A DNA stretch of 64,000 nucleotides. Origin: Lingula anatina (Eukaryota; Animalia; Brachiopoda). This document shows positions 42,701 to 56,100 of the stretch, piece by piece (positions within the stretch are counted from its first letter, which is position 1; every line of letters begins with the position of its first letter). Below the pieces are notes generated by a model. The model was not told the origin of the DNA. It searched no databases and worked only from the letters and a program-made list of their open reading frames with translations. The DNA lies in NCBI GenBank assembly GCA_051362555.1, contig CM120640.1, positions 6,634,001 through 6,698,000 on the forward strand, given 5' to 3'. Both the position numbers and the translations under genes were made by a program.

Positions 42701-45281
42701 AAGTTTTGGGGTATTTAGATACCGCACATTCCCTTTGCAAATAGAAGAGAAGCCAACATGTTTCGTTGGAGGCTAGGTTCGATTTTAGAAAATTTGAACG
42801 TTTGCCATAATTTTTATCGCCAGATTGAATTATTTGAGAGAAAATTAATTGACAAAATTATGGTAAAAATCTTCCGCGAAAGTTTTATCATGTTCACGTA
42901 CTTGATGGTACGGTTGGTACCCTGCCTCCCAGTTGTAGCCCACACCAGCCCCCATAGCTGGGGCACCAACGCGGTACTCGGTGGGGAACTTGAGCCTAAA
43001 CGTCCTGCCGTAGGTGGGCATACCCATTACAAGCTTAGATTTTGGCGCTCCGAGCTGTTCCCAGTACTTCATAGCGGCGTTCTGAAAACGAATTTGTTTG
43101 ATTATAAACCAATCAGAGTGTAGCGTGATTTCAAAATCATATACACAACTGGCAACATCACCTTCATCACATTCTAAAACAAGTATATGTGTATTTGCGT
43201 GCGTGCGTGCGTGCGTGTGTGTGTGTGTGTAGAGTACGATAATTTCAAATATTATTTCATTAATAGAACAAATATGACTACTAACGGCGTTAAGTTCGGC
43301 TCTTTGCCATTCTTTCTCTGTGGATCTTCCGTACAGCGGGCTGTTTAGACCTACGTGGGAGCTCCAGCCACCATTGAAATCGTACGTCATTACATTGATA
43401 AAATCAAGGTCCCTGTAATAAAAAATATGGATATAAAAAATCATAATGGCATTTACATGTACAAGAAGCTTAAATCATGTAGCAAAACACAAACGCAGAT
43501 ACATGTGTTAAAAGGCACAATCTGACCACATAACTAGTGTGTAAATGTGTGTAAATTGGAAAAACAATTCTGATTATACTTTTTTTTGTAATTTAAATTT
43601 GTTCCAATCCTTTATCTTAACATTAATATTGATATATTTATTTTTTGCTGAAGTTCTACAGACGTGCCTTGCAAGCGCTGGTACATCATAAGCGACGTTA
43701 ATGGTGCCTTTGCCTGCGGATACAGCGGACGTTAGCAACAACCGTGGCTGTCCTGCGTCAAACTCCCGTCTAAGGACCTGAAATATTGAAATCACTTCGT
43801 GGTAGATGCAAAAATGGTGTCACAAACTGTACTATTGTTTCTAATAATTGAAGGCGTTGGCTTCTTTGAGTTCTATTAAAGCCATTCATCACAATAGAAT
43901 AAAGTTAATATTTGAAAAAAAAAGAGTACAATATATGGTATTTGTATCACGGTATGTTTCTACAGTGTTCTTCAAAGAAAACAGAAAACGAACACAAACC
44001 TGCACCAAACGAGTGAATGAAGATTTGTACGGTTCCACTGGATATTCCCAATCCACATCTAAACCATCAAAATCATGGTCTCGCAGAAATTTAGCTGTGT
44101 TTCTGGCAAAGGTTTCCATGGTTTGTTGATCTTTGGTAACTTTAATAAACCCATAGGAGCCTGCGTTCCAGCCACCGATTGCAAGTAAGGCACTTAGATG
44201 AGGATGCTGTTTCGCCATGTTCGTAATTGCCTTGAAGTGGCCAAGTCCGCCATTTTCATCTGAAAACAAAAAAACAGTGTGACAAATCATGTACACAAAA
44301 TACACAGACAACGCGTTTTAGGTAAATAATGCATATCATAAATCTGCGTTTGTTTACAACCTATACCCCAATTCTGAATAAATTTGAATTCTATAATAAC
44401 TGAGAAAATACTAGATCGTCTTGTGTCACGAAAGTAAAGACTGGTGATGGGAATGTTTTTTTTTTCATTTTCGGTTCAAACAGCGGTCAAACAATACGAC
44501 AGCCACATTTGCATATTTTAAAGCTTTTCTAAGTCATATTATTTTCGACCAATGTCAGAACATACGATATCCCAAAATAGTTATTTCAATGCATGTCTGT
44601 ACAATATGGCGAAATCACTGGCCGCACGGTGACCCATAGAGAGATAAAACATTGATATCTTACCTAAATCAGCGTAGGCATCTGAGGCTTCGATCGTCAG
44701 ACCGTCCACATCAATGTTGGCAAAGGCATATATTATATGAGTGCAAAGATTGGGATCGATGTCGGCTGGGGTGAATTTGTCTTTTCCGGTTCGATACGTA
44801 CTCCAGTTGGTAAAGTAACACACCACTTTTTTATTTGCTGGAAATAAATATTAAAACAAGGAATAAAGTCGTCCTTTATTTATTCGCAATATGATATTCG
44901 ACAAGATTGAGTTGTTTGATAAAGAAAAACAGAGGTTAAGGAGAGCATCGTTTATGTTGCCTCATTTCCATTTTTTATTTTCAGCTAAGAAGTTTTATCT
45001 TCACACCTTGGTCAAGGCTAAAAAACTTACAAAATGATATATACCTTGACAATTAGATAAAAAATGTTAACGGATGGAAATGTTTTCACTTTTTAATGGT
45101 GATGACTGTTGAAAGAAAAGTGTATTATTTATGTAAAAAAAAATAATAAACAGAGGTCTTCAGTTCCTTTTTCCTTTTAACATATCTTACGTGGTACGAC
45201 TCGCTTTGAACGTGCTTGTGGAAGTGATGTTGCCGCGACAAAAACGGGCGCAAAGACTAAAAATGCCAACGCCAGTCTCAT
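39769..45281 (-). CDS. Secreted GH18 chitinase with four C-terminal CBM14/peritrophin-A-like domains and Gly-rich linkers, about 12 coding exons
   Basis: Signal peptide MRLALAFLVFAPVFVAA (from 45281); VVCYFTNWS, CTHIIYAFA, AIGGWN, intact FDGLDVDWEYP, DFINVMTYDF, KLVMGMPTYGR, WIGFDD, GAMIWAL. Four HPxxCxxYCxC..CP..YY..C modules lie in exons at about 41761-41495, 41315-40847, 40730-40176 and 39935-39769. Confidence 0.95.
40205..40560 (-). repeat. Coding 21-bp tandem repeat encoding (GGSSGTS)n linker
   Basis: Repeats of CCGCCACTTGTGCCACTGCTT on the plus strand inside a chitinase exon. Confidence 0.9.
40880..41152 (-). repeat. Coding 12-bp-period repeat encoding GGNT/GGST/GGDS linker
   Basis: CCACCAGTGTTG-like units inside a chitinase exon. 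Confidence 0.88.
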
Positions 45282-48200
45282 CTAAAATTAAAAAAAAAAA
45301 AAATTAACAGTTGATTTTTTGGTTAGATTGATATTAGTAATTAGTAAATATAACATATTTGTGAACAGCCGTTACTTCAATAAAAATCACGACGAACTTT
45401 TCATAAAATTGTGTACTCACCGTTGCTTTTTTAACTGGCAGGTGTGTGAGAGAAGGAGCGAAATCAGTAAGTAACGCCCGCCGAGGTGATCCGTTTGTTT
45501 TTAAAGCCACAGCACAATCAGCAGATCTGTAACGATGAGTTATCAGTGTGTTTAGACACGCACGGCAGACAGAGGTAGCACGATGAGTGTCAAGTGCTCA
45601 GAAGTGCTATCTGGTCACATCTATAAGTTTATCGCTAACGGGGCGGTCCCGTAGGGTACTTGGCGGTCATTACGTTACCGGCATTTTTCAGGAATGATGA
45701 AATTTATAATTATTACGTGCATCCGAAGCCTGGAGAGGTATTACATTGTTAATGTGAATCATTACATAAAAGTGATTATTCACATCTTCGGGATAATATT
45801 GCAAGCACAGAAGTGCATTTGTATTGCAGAGCGTTCACATATTGTCAGCTTGATAGGAGCAAAAACGCTTTCCTTTCTTGATAAATTACAGAAATCAACA
45901 ATCATGTTTAGGCGAAACTTGCAATATTACTATTTAACTATCATATATCTCGACAGGAGTTGTACAGATCCCTAATGTTTTTTCTTATTAAAACGTTTTA
46001 CATTCTAAGTAAAAGATGCTTTATACGGGATTTGCCCACCAAATAGAATTTTCCTCCAAAAAAAAAGCAATTTTCTCTTACTCATGAATAATTGCTCGAC
46101 CCGTCCCTCCTTTGATGTTTAATTTAATTATTTTGTTCTCAATGACTTTTTAATGTAAACGTCAGGTACATTTATTTTGAGGGTCTGAATTGAGAAATAT
46201 TAGAAGCTTTGAAGGATATGTAAACATAGAAGATATGAGTTTGGGAAATTTTCAAACGCGTACAGTATACTTTTAATTGTTTTAACGACGTGCCAATCCC
46301 ATACACGAGTGTTACTGCTCCACTACCCTTGTGGCGGAAACAGACAGACATAGAAGAATGACTTAATGAATCCGGAGGTATGACATCAGATCCCCGGAGA
46401 GATGACAATGCCCCAAGTCTCCATTTTTGGTTATTTTCGTGCTGCTATGACCAGCGTGACGGAGCCTGAGTCATGCATCGCAATTAAGAAGATAACTGAC
46501 CAAGAGGAGCGTTAGGGTCACGTCCAAACTGAGAGGTGCTTCGGGCGGAATACGATATATCTATATTTTCAGTTACTGGGCGTAAATTCTTTTATAGATC
46601 CACCCGTCCAAAAAGAAAATGTAATAAAATAATTGCCTTGAAATCTAGAAATATTGTAGAATATATTTAACTGTCCAGTAAAGAGACCTTGGTGTAGAAA
46701 CTACGGCTGTCAAAAATATTCATTAGCCAATGTATAGGTAAAAAAAAAACGTGTAAACAAATACAATACATTAATATCTGCCAGAATGTGACAAGCCTTT
46801 GACAGAAAAAAAAGGAGTTAATTCTTTGTTATTCACTTTTTTCAAGAACTGATCCTTTGTAGTTGCTGATTACGATCAAGAGATTACATGCCTTTGGTTA
46901 ACGACAGTTATTTATATCACGTTAAAGGCTCCCGATTTTTCTTACATTTAACCATGGACAGAATTTCGTAACTTCGTCCGTGTTTTAATTAATTCTTGTA
47001 GTTTATGTGTAAGTGTGCCCATTTCAATGAATAAAATTATTGTACAATTTCTGCAGGATCAAAGTAGGGACGTAATCTTATTTTATCAAGATTAGAGAAG
47101 AATTACAGATTATCTAATGCATTTAATTTGATATCTTCCACTTCAGTCCATTCTCGCAATAGTTTAAATTTTTCTACAACTGTTAGACACGCTCAATTTA
47201 CTTAACGTACTTTTGTTATCACACCAACTAAATGGAACGAACAATTTCAGTTTTAGACAGATCGTAATAGACATGTCATGAGAAAATATATTACTCGTTC
47301 TAGGTCACGCCATGTTTCTGAAGATAATATATGGACCAAGTAAGGACAACCCTCTGTCCTAAGTACAATTGGATTTTTGACTTCTCTAATGTTTTTTTTT
47401 TTTTTTTTTGTTTAATTATTTGTTTTTGTTTTTGTTAAATAAGATTTTTTTATATAGGTGTGTTAGTGTTCACTGTATGTCTATGTAACTGGCACGTTTC
47501 ATGTAGTGACTTCAATGCGGCGTTACAAGTCGATTTCATGCTGGCAGCTTCGTACGAGAACTGTCTTCAGCAACTCAAATACGTTTTGTATGTGTGTGTG
47601 TGTGTTTTAATTTGGAGTTTTATTGAACTTTTTTTTATAAAAAATTACTCTACTTTTCTGTGAAAAAAATTGTGGGTTTACTATGGGTGCTTTTCTTTTA
47701 AAATGTCAGATGTCGACCTGACTTTCTGAAATAATGTATCCAACGCGTTTTCCATTTTTGGACTTTCCTTATGGTTCAGGTATCTAAACAGCATCTCCGC
47801 CATTTTATTCTCGAATTTTCATTCTATCCCATAAATTATGAAGTTAATTCTACACTGCCAATCAAGCACAAAACGCAACATTTTTTTAAATTGCGATAGG
47901 GTACATGAAATATGCCCTATATGACTTTGACTTCAGATAGACCTGTTCACCAAGAAAAAAATAGTTGTAAATTCATCCATGCTTTGTCATCACAGTGATG
48001 CTATCTGACCACTTCTGGTGGTAGATCAGTTGTGGACGGGAGATTATCCTCTTTCCAGGCTATCTATCTTGTAAACAACAGTTTGCGGTACACGTAGCCC
48101 AATACTTACGTTTTCTAACTAGAAAAACACCGCATAAGTCGATACAGGGCAGTCCTTATGAAATCTTTTTTGCATATTTCATTTTCGCAAATAAATGAAG

Positions 48201-50132
48201 TTTTCGGAAAAGTTCACGCTATTCTATGAATAAGATTTTACTTCAATTCATAAGTATCATTTTATATAACATTATTTGTTAAAGATTGGCATGAATTTTA
48301 CTGCGAATGTTTAAAACTACAGTAATTGAAAGGAAAACGCGAGAGGGGGAGGCTCTGTATAAATTATGCAGGCCGAAGCAATGGTGGTTGAATGACCAGA
48401 ATGCATAACGTTAGAGGCCAACGAACGGCAATGATACAGCGCCAGATAAAACCCGTATGTGCTATATTGCCCACCCCCTGCCCATTAAATTTTACGCCCC
48501 AGGCAGCTTTAACCTGTCCAGAGCATGCATATATATATCCAATGACATGTCGCAACATTATTCCAATAATGAATGTCCGCGTTCACAACCAGTTGTTCCA
48601 CGGACTAACTAGTCCGCGGATCAAATTTGGCGTGTACTTGACAATGGATTACCGCCTCCCTCGTTAGTTAGTCTACGATTATTTATTTCCCCCACATTCC
48701 CCGATCTATAATACTTTTGCTGTCATAAAATGAGGCAAACCGCCTCGTTGCTACAGACAAATGCAGTAGCTGTGCTCGTTCACACCCAAATTGTCATTAT
48801 ACAGCGTCAGTTATTAGTATGCTAACTGCAATATGGCTGCGGCACGCACATGTAAAATATTGTTAGAGTTGTATTCTTCTTTAAATTCAACTTGGAATAT
48901 GTATTTTGGGTCGCAAGTGATATGCATTCAGTAAAGAAACATTTTACAGTGTTCCATCCAAAGCAAAAACATCTGAACAGAATTCAATAATGTTGGATAA
49001 TGTTAGATGACAAATAAGACAAAACAAATTCTGACCAATATATACATATTTATATTTCATATTTGAATACATAGGCAATTCATACAAAGCTATGAAATCA
49101 TCATGCAAAATACACATTGCATGAAAATGGACTTTGCAATAAATATGCAGCAATGCATTTATCTTATATATGTGCCATGGTGTATTTCAGAACTTTAAAA
49201 CATGTAAACATCTTTATTTGGAACTGTTTTTGTTCACTAACAGTCACTTAAAGTCATTCTTCTAGGAATGCACTGTGCAACTGGTCTTGCACAAAACAAT
49301 TATTTCTTGTAGGAGCTTCTAAATTTGAATTAATGCTTATGAACAAAGTACAAATAATATGCAGATAAATGTAAGCAAAGTGCACAAACTGATGTCTGGA
49401 CAAAATATTATATTGAGAAATTCAATAAGATCTTTAACCTTCCAATCTCCCATAATTCTGTAAAATCTATTGTAAGTATTTCTAAATTTACAATGCTTTA
49501 ACATTAATTTCCTACGTAGCCCTTAATCCTGAGAAAAAAGGATAACATTTTATCCAAAGATTGACTTGAAGATCCAAACTTCCTCAGGGACTTCTTTAAA
49601 ATGATGCTCCTATTTGCTCATTTACGCAATAAAACAAATGACTAAATAACATAAATAATTATTTTCACACATCAGTAGTGTTTGAGCTGTGTAAATAAGG
49701 CATGGATTGTAAGAAAGAAGTGAGAAGAAAAAAGTGGGTGACCTTCAACCAGAGGTCTGGAGGTCGTTCAGATTTCAGATTACCAATTACAATTAAAAAA
49801 AAAAATATATCACACACATAAAGCATTAGGCAGCAGTTTCAGGAAGGCACTTGAATGAGAAAACCTATTTCAGGGGCATACACTACAACAGACTGGGCTG
49901 AACTCCACATGAGGTACTCTTAACTGACCCACATCCACCATGTAATGTAGCCTAAACTGGAACAACCTTGTAAATAAAACTTCACTGTACATAATATCAT
50001 TATTTCTGTTCACACAGCTGCCATGTGGGCTGCAGTGTGGGCTAAGTGCTGTATTGCCAGGCAAGTTATAATGGAATGGGGCTGAACACTTCCTTGAGCA
50101 GTACTGTGCTTGGCAATGGTGCTGTGGACTTC

Positions 50133-53100
50133 CTAGAATGTCTGCTCATCATCACAATCTGCAGTCCAATGGCCAAACACTGAAATCCAAGAATTAAGGA
50201 TATATGTGCGTGTACATCTTAATCCTTTGGTATCTTGTCCAAAAATTATTTACTTTAACAAATATCACAGACAAGAGCTTATAACCAACACAAGAATTGC
50301 AATGCATCTGAACTTACAGATTTAATTTAAAAATTTCTTTTGAAGTCTTGGACTTAACCTCTACCATTTTTTTCATTAATGAAACAAATTAAATATTACT
50401 TTTTAATGTCACAAAAAAATATAAACTTAAAAAACTCTATAACCTACATTTAAGCCCAAAGAATGCTGCTCACCTTCACATATATCACAGTAGGGTCTGT
50501 TCTCGTCCCTGGAGCCATGGTAGTGTGTGGCTGGCGGACTGTCCGACATGGCTTGCTGGGGGCAGTCGTCCGTGTCATGGAGGTCAAACACATCACAGAT
50601 ATCACAGAACAGTCTGGGAGCAGCCACACGGGGCGGGGTGCTGGAATGACGGGACATGATGATGTGAGAACAACATACCTGATGGGCAGTGAAATGCCAG
50701 CTATGTATTAGAATAGACTTAGAGTAACAAATACTTTGTCAGTACCCTAGATGCCAGTCGGCATAAAAGGAATTGATGATGATGAGAGTAACAAATTTGG
50801 AACTAGAGCAAACTGGAAACTCATGAGACATCAAATTTTTACAAGACAATAAATTTTTTCAGGAGAAATGTGTCTAGGCAAGCAGGTGAGCTTAAACAAT
50901 TCACAATTTAGTCTAAAGATTTAAACCACTCAATATATTTCCAAACTAAATCATGACAGCAGTTTCATCTTAATTGCCTACCAAGTAAATGCCCCTTGTT
51001 TTTTTTTTTGTTAAAAACTTACTGTGAATCTCCAGATGTATCTAGAGTTCCATTCATGAAATCCCCTTTCTCCATGGCTTCCAGTCTCAGCTTCATCTCT
51101 TCATTCTTCCTCTGCATGTCCACAATGACAGAGTTGAGGAAATCTATCTGACCAGCAGCTGCCACATTCTCTTCCTTTAACTTGATCATTGCGGCATCTC
51201 CTAGAATATATGAAGCCAACATTTACATGAAAATAAATATTTTAAATCCTTAAGTGCTGACAACAAAAAGTTTGCAAGTTCACTTCATTGTCATCATCTC
51301 AATTCATCACAGAGTGGCAGACGACATCTTAAATGACCTTGGCATTGTGACCTACCAGAGTCATTGACATTGATGGCATTGTTCTTCATCTCGTCCAGCT
51401 CTCTCTGCAGTGACTTCACCTTGTTCTCCAGCCTGGTCTTGTCATGTTCCAGGTTCTCCATAGAACTCTTGTAGCTGCCCAGCAGTGTGGTCTCCCCTTG
51501 CAAACTCACAATCTGAAACACAGAGGTGATAACCAAACCAGTTTAATCTGCATGTCTTTTTTACCCATCATGGGATCTATGAGGATAGCATGCAACTTAA
51601 CATCATTTCCAAACCAATTAAATACATATATGTATAAAATGCAATTTATAATTTCAAAGATAAATCCTCCAAGAATGTTTTTGGTTAATAGACAAATGTA
51701 CTCTATGTTCATTTCACTGTAGTATCTAACTACTTATAGTTCCAAGGATTAAATATCATTATGATACAAGATGGGTATTCTAACCAAGGATGTGTACAAC
51801 CACACTGGAGGGAAAGTGTGAGTCTTACCTCTCCTTTTTGGCGCTCTACCTCCTTCTCTTTCTGTTGCAGCAGTAGCTTAGTAGTTTCTAGAGATTTCTG
51901 TAGAGCAGATCTCTCCACATCATAGTCATCTGTCTGCTTCCTGGCACTGAAACATCATAAAAAATTATTATAACATGACTTGATAAAAATCACCATATTA
52001 AAACAATCTCAGTAAAAGAAAGATAAGCAAACAAGGATCAGACCTTACATTTCAAAAGTTTTCACTCTATTCATTTTTTAAACTGACAATATCCAAACTT
52101 ACTCTTGCAAAACTATACAAATCGTATAGTATCAAATAAAGCTCTAAATGCACCAAATAGATTATATTTCCTCTCTCAATCACTTTCAGTGAGAACTCAG
52201 CTTCACATAAATACATTCAAATGTTACAAAACCCTATAAAAACCACACATGCTGGTATAATGCCAAGTGACTGGCTAGTGTTACCCCTCTCCAAGCCAAA
52301 TATCATATGACTATACATCAAAAGCAAAAAGAAAAGACAACAATAAAATCATTCTGGTTATGCAAAATGCAAATAAACAACAATTCTTGTCAAAATTACC
52401 AACACGTTGTATATGGAACATAACATTAAATAATTAAAAATTCAACATTCCACTGAGGTAGGTTTGATTTCATATGATGTTCTCACATACTGTAACATTT
52501 TAAACTACTATTCAATTGCCTTCATTTATCACAATATTACTAGAGAACTGTATAGTGGGTCTGTCCCTCAGGCTAAGTCTCATGATGATATATTCATATA
52601 GCGCTAAAAATTAATGATCATACACAGATCCCTATGTTCATAACCTAAATTTTCTTCATGAGTAAATTAATAACAAAATAAGTTGAACAAAATAAATGAA
52701 AGAAAAATGTAAAGGGAGAAATGTTAAAACAAACAAAAAATATTTCATTTTTGATGCTAAGTCATACCATCTTTCTTGACAAATGTACATTTAATAGATG
52801 GATGTGCACAGAAACAGATGAGCTGTGCAGGACTTACAACATCAAAAAGCACTCTAACTACTTGAAAATTTGCAAAACGGACACAACAGAAAACCACTGA
52901 AAAGCTTGCCATGATGGATATCATAAATATGCCATGGACTAGTTTAGCAACTAACTGTATGTACATACCCTTTAGCAAAATATGAGCAGCAGCACAGTTG
53001 CTGCAATTTTTATTTTGTTAAAGGTTAAGCATACATAAAATGTTTAGATTATATCTGTATGAAGATATATAGCCCACACTATATATGTTATTCTTACCAA

Positions 53101-56100
53101 ATATAAAAGGTTAAGTGAGCCATTTCATAAGTTCCGAAAAAGATAAAATTTGTAAGTTATTATACATAATGTAGAGAGAATGAAAAAATGCCAGTTTCTA
53201 TTCTGCTTTATCACAATTCATTCAATGAAAGATGTATAAAACTGTTCAAAATATGCTGAAAAAATGTTATATTTTGCATCTCCAATTCAATTTGAACAAT
53301 TTAAAGACATTCAAAATCAGCACAAGTTCAGCAAATAATGCTCCAATGTGGCTGTCAAAATGGTAATGGAGAACAAGAAGCACACCTGTAGCTTATAATA
53401 AATACTACATACCTGTCTTTAACATTCTCCAGCTCACTTAGTAGACTCTTATGTTCCATTTCCAGCTGTAAATAAAGAGTAAAAGTATTGGTACTTTATT
53501 TCAAATATATTCCACTTTTGTTAAAGAATGCACAGAATACACAGCAGAACATGCCAATCATGTATACAAAACTGTGAAACTTACTTCTTCTTTTTCCTTT
53601 TGCACTGCCTTGAGTGTCTCCACCTCTTGTTTCAAGGCATTTTTCTCATGTTCTGTAGAATTTAATTGCTTCTGGTAGTCCTCAATGTTTTGTTTTAGAC
53701 CAGCACTGGAACAGAATGATAACAGGCCTAATTTAAGGCATTTTATCAATGCTAATTTATAGCTTAAGTCCAAACTTGCATAATAACTTTTCAAATTAAT
53801 TTGTACTTCTTCCATTCTTTTTTCTTTCTTTCTTTTCTTTTATTATCTTTTTTATTTCCTTTTTTTTTTTTTTTTTTGGGGGGGGGGGGGAGGGGGCAAT
53901 AAAAAAGTTGTTTGAAGGCTGAAGTGTCCAAGCAAACCCCTTGAAATGTTTTCTGTACTCACAGCTGTTTATGAAGCTCTTCCATGTTCTCAATGTCTTT
54001 TCTAGATTCCTGCTGGCTCTTTTCTAACTGTGACTTTTGATTAGACCATTCAGTTCGAAGCTTCTCAACCTAAAATAATGAATGATAAATAAATAAATAA
54101 TACAGTTGCATAAGTACTGTTTTCCTCCCAATACTATAACTTTTTGGCACAGGGCGTGACCACCAAATTTTAACCTAATAGTATGTTAGATAATTAATAA
54201 ACTGACAATGACTAGGCATTACAGATTGTTTCTAGAGAGAAAATCACATAATCTATTCTACACTGTCTTAAAATATCCTATATAAATTAAAATGTTTAAA
54301 TATCCTATAAAAGATATTGACATACAGAATATATCTACAGCATATGTCCTCATCTAAACACTGAAAAATTAAATTAATAGAAAAAAGCAGAAAAATAATT
54401 TTTCCTACAAGGTATTGAATATGTTACGTTAAACTAGCAATAAAAATCGCAAAAATGACAAGCATATTTGCAAGGTGATAGTATTGAATGTACAACAGTA
54501 AGTAGCATGTAAATGTACTACTTGGTGGGGGGGGGGGGGGGGGACAATAAAACTGGATGTCTTAAAAACAAGGTAGAAAAAGTGAATAAAAAATCTAATA
54601 CTGTGGATTTTTTTACGAAGCAAAGGTGCAACTCAAAGTATATTGAAACACAAAGATAACATCTCAAAATTCATTTTTCAACTTCCTAGCAGTTTGTAAA
54701 CCAACTAACATCAAGTTGTACAACAACAATAACAACAACAACCAAAATACGTCTCTGGCTGACATTGTAAAAATTGGATCAAAATACATCCAAAGCTTTA
54801 ACATTCATATGAAAGCAATAAAGTCATGCTGCCAGTCTCTGGGCATACATCCAATACTTTAGCATGGCAATAAACGAATGACTAAGGCTGGTTTCAGAAA
54901 TACAAGTACATACCGTGGACACCATATTTGGAACCTTACATGTGAAAGTAAATGTTCTTTGAGATATTCCATTGCCCAGTGGTTAAGAATATCAGTAAAG
55001 ATGACAACAAAGAACACCGAATGGGTTTTATCTTTATTGCTCAAATATCAAACATTGCAGAACAACCACTTTTTGTACATCCTTATTTGCAGTGTGAGAT
55101 ACAGCTGAATTGGAAAGTTTGAAACACTCAATGCAATAACATTATCAGTGCAACATTATCCACACCTGAAATTGATCTTGACCACACAAAACACTGACCA
55201 CAAAGAATACTGACCTCTTTCACAATGTCCTGCAGCTTTTGGTTCTTCTCTTTCAAAGCTTTCTCCATGTCTGTTTTCTCCTTGAGCACCTGTTCCCACT
55301 CTGTGGCCAACTTCTCTTTCACAGCCAACACTTCTTCCTTGATCTTTAATGCCTACATGTGAAATAAAAACCATACAGACATGGTATTTTCCATTCTTAT
55401 GAATTGCTCTCATCTCTAATTGCTTCCAAATGTTAATACCTTAATTTCAAATTAAACGACCAATGTTCATTTTTGCTAGGAAAATGAAAATCCCTTCATT
55501 TTCTTGTTATTTTCACAATTCCTTCCTTCCTTATTTCAATATTTATTTCTTTACCTCATTCTTTTCTCTGATAGCTGCATCTCTCTCCTTGACAAGCTGC
55601 TGTACTTGCTGGTCCATGGAACCTTTTTCTGACTTAATTTTCTGTTTCTCTGCAAGCAATTGTTCTTTTTCTGTAACGGCATCCTCTTTCTCCTTGAGAA
55701 TACTGCTCTTTTCTTCCTCTGTTCTTTTCAACTGCTTCTCTAGTTTCTCTTTTTCAAACTAAAATAACAAATATTATAATTCAAGGTGATAAAACTGCAT
55801 TAGGAAGTATATACATTTTGACCAAAATTATTAAACTTTCATGGCAATGACTGGTCTTTAGAAACATCCACAAACAAAGAGAAAGAAACACTAATAATAT
55901 TTTTAATCCAATGCCACTCTGTCAGCTTGCCTGTACTTGGACTATTTGATGTAACAAACGATCTCCAACAGAATTTTTTCTAAAAGAAAAGGAATTCTGT
56001 TTTTCAAATCAAACAATATTTTACAGGAACTTCATAATGCCTTCCTACCACGAGGTTCTCTTTCTCCTTGTTCAGTTCTTGCAGTTGTTTCTTGCTGTCC

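Noticed and set aside
50642-50705. Apparent extra donor (CAG|GTATGT) just upstream of the CLIP1 zinc-knuckle exon
   Set aside because: The implied intron would be only about 38 nt, and the direct phase-2 join from 51023 to 50641 already gives a continuous frame.
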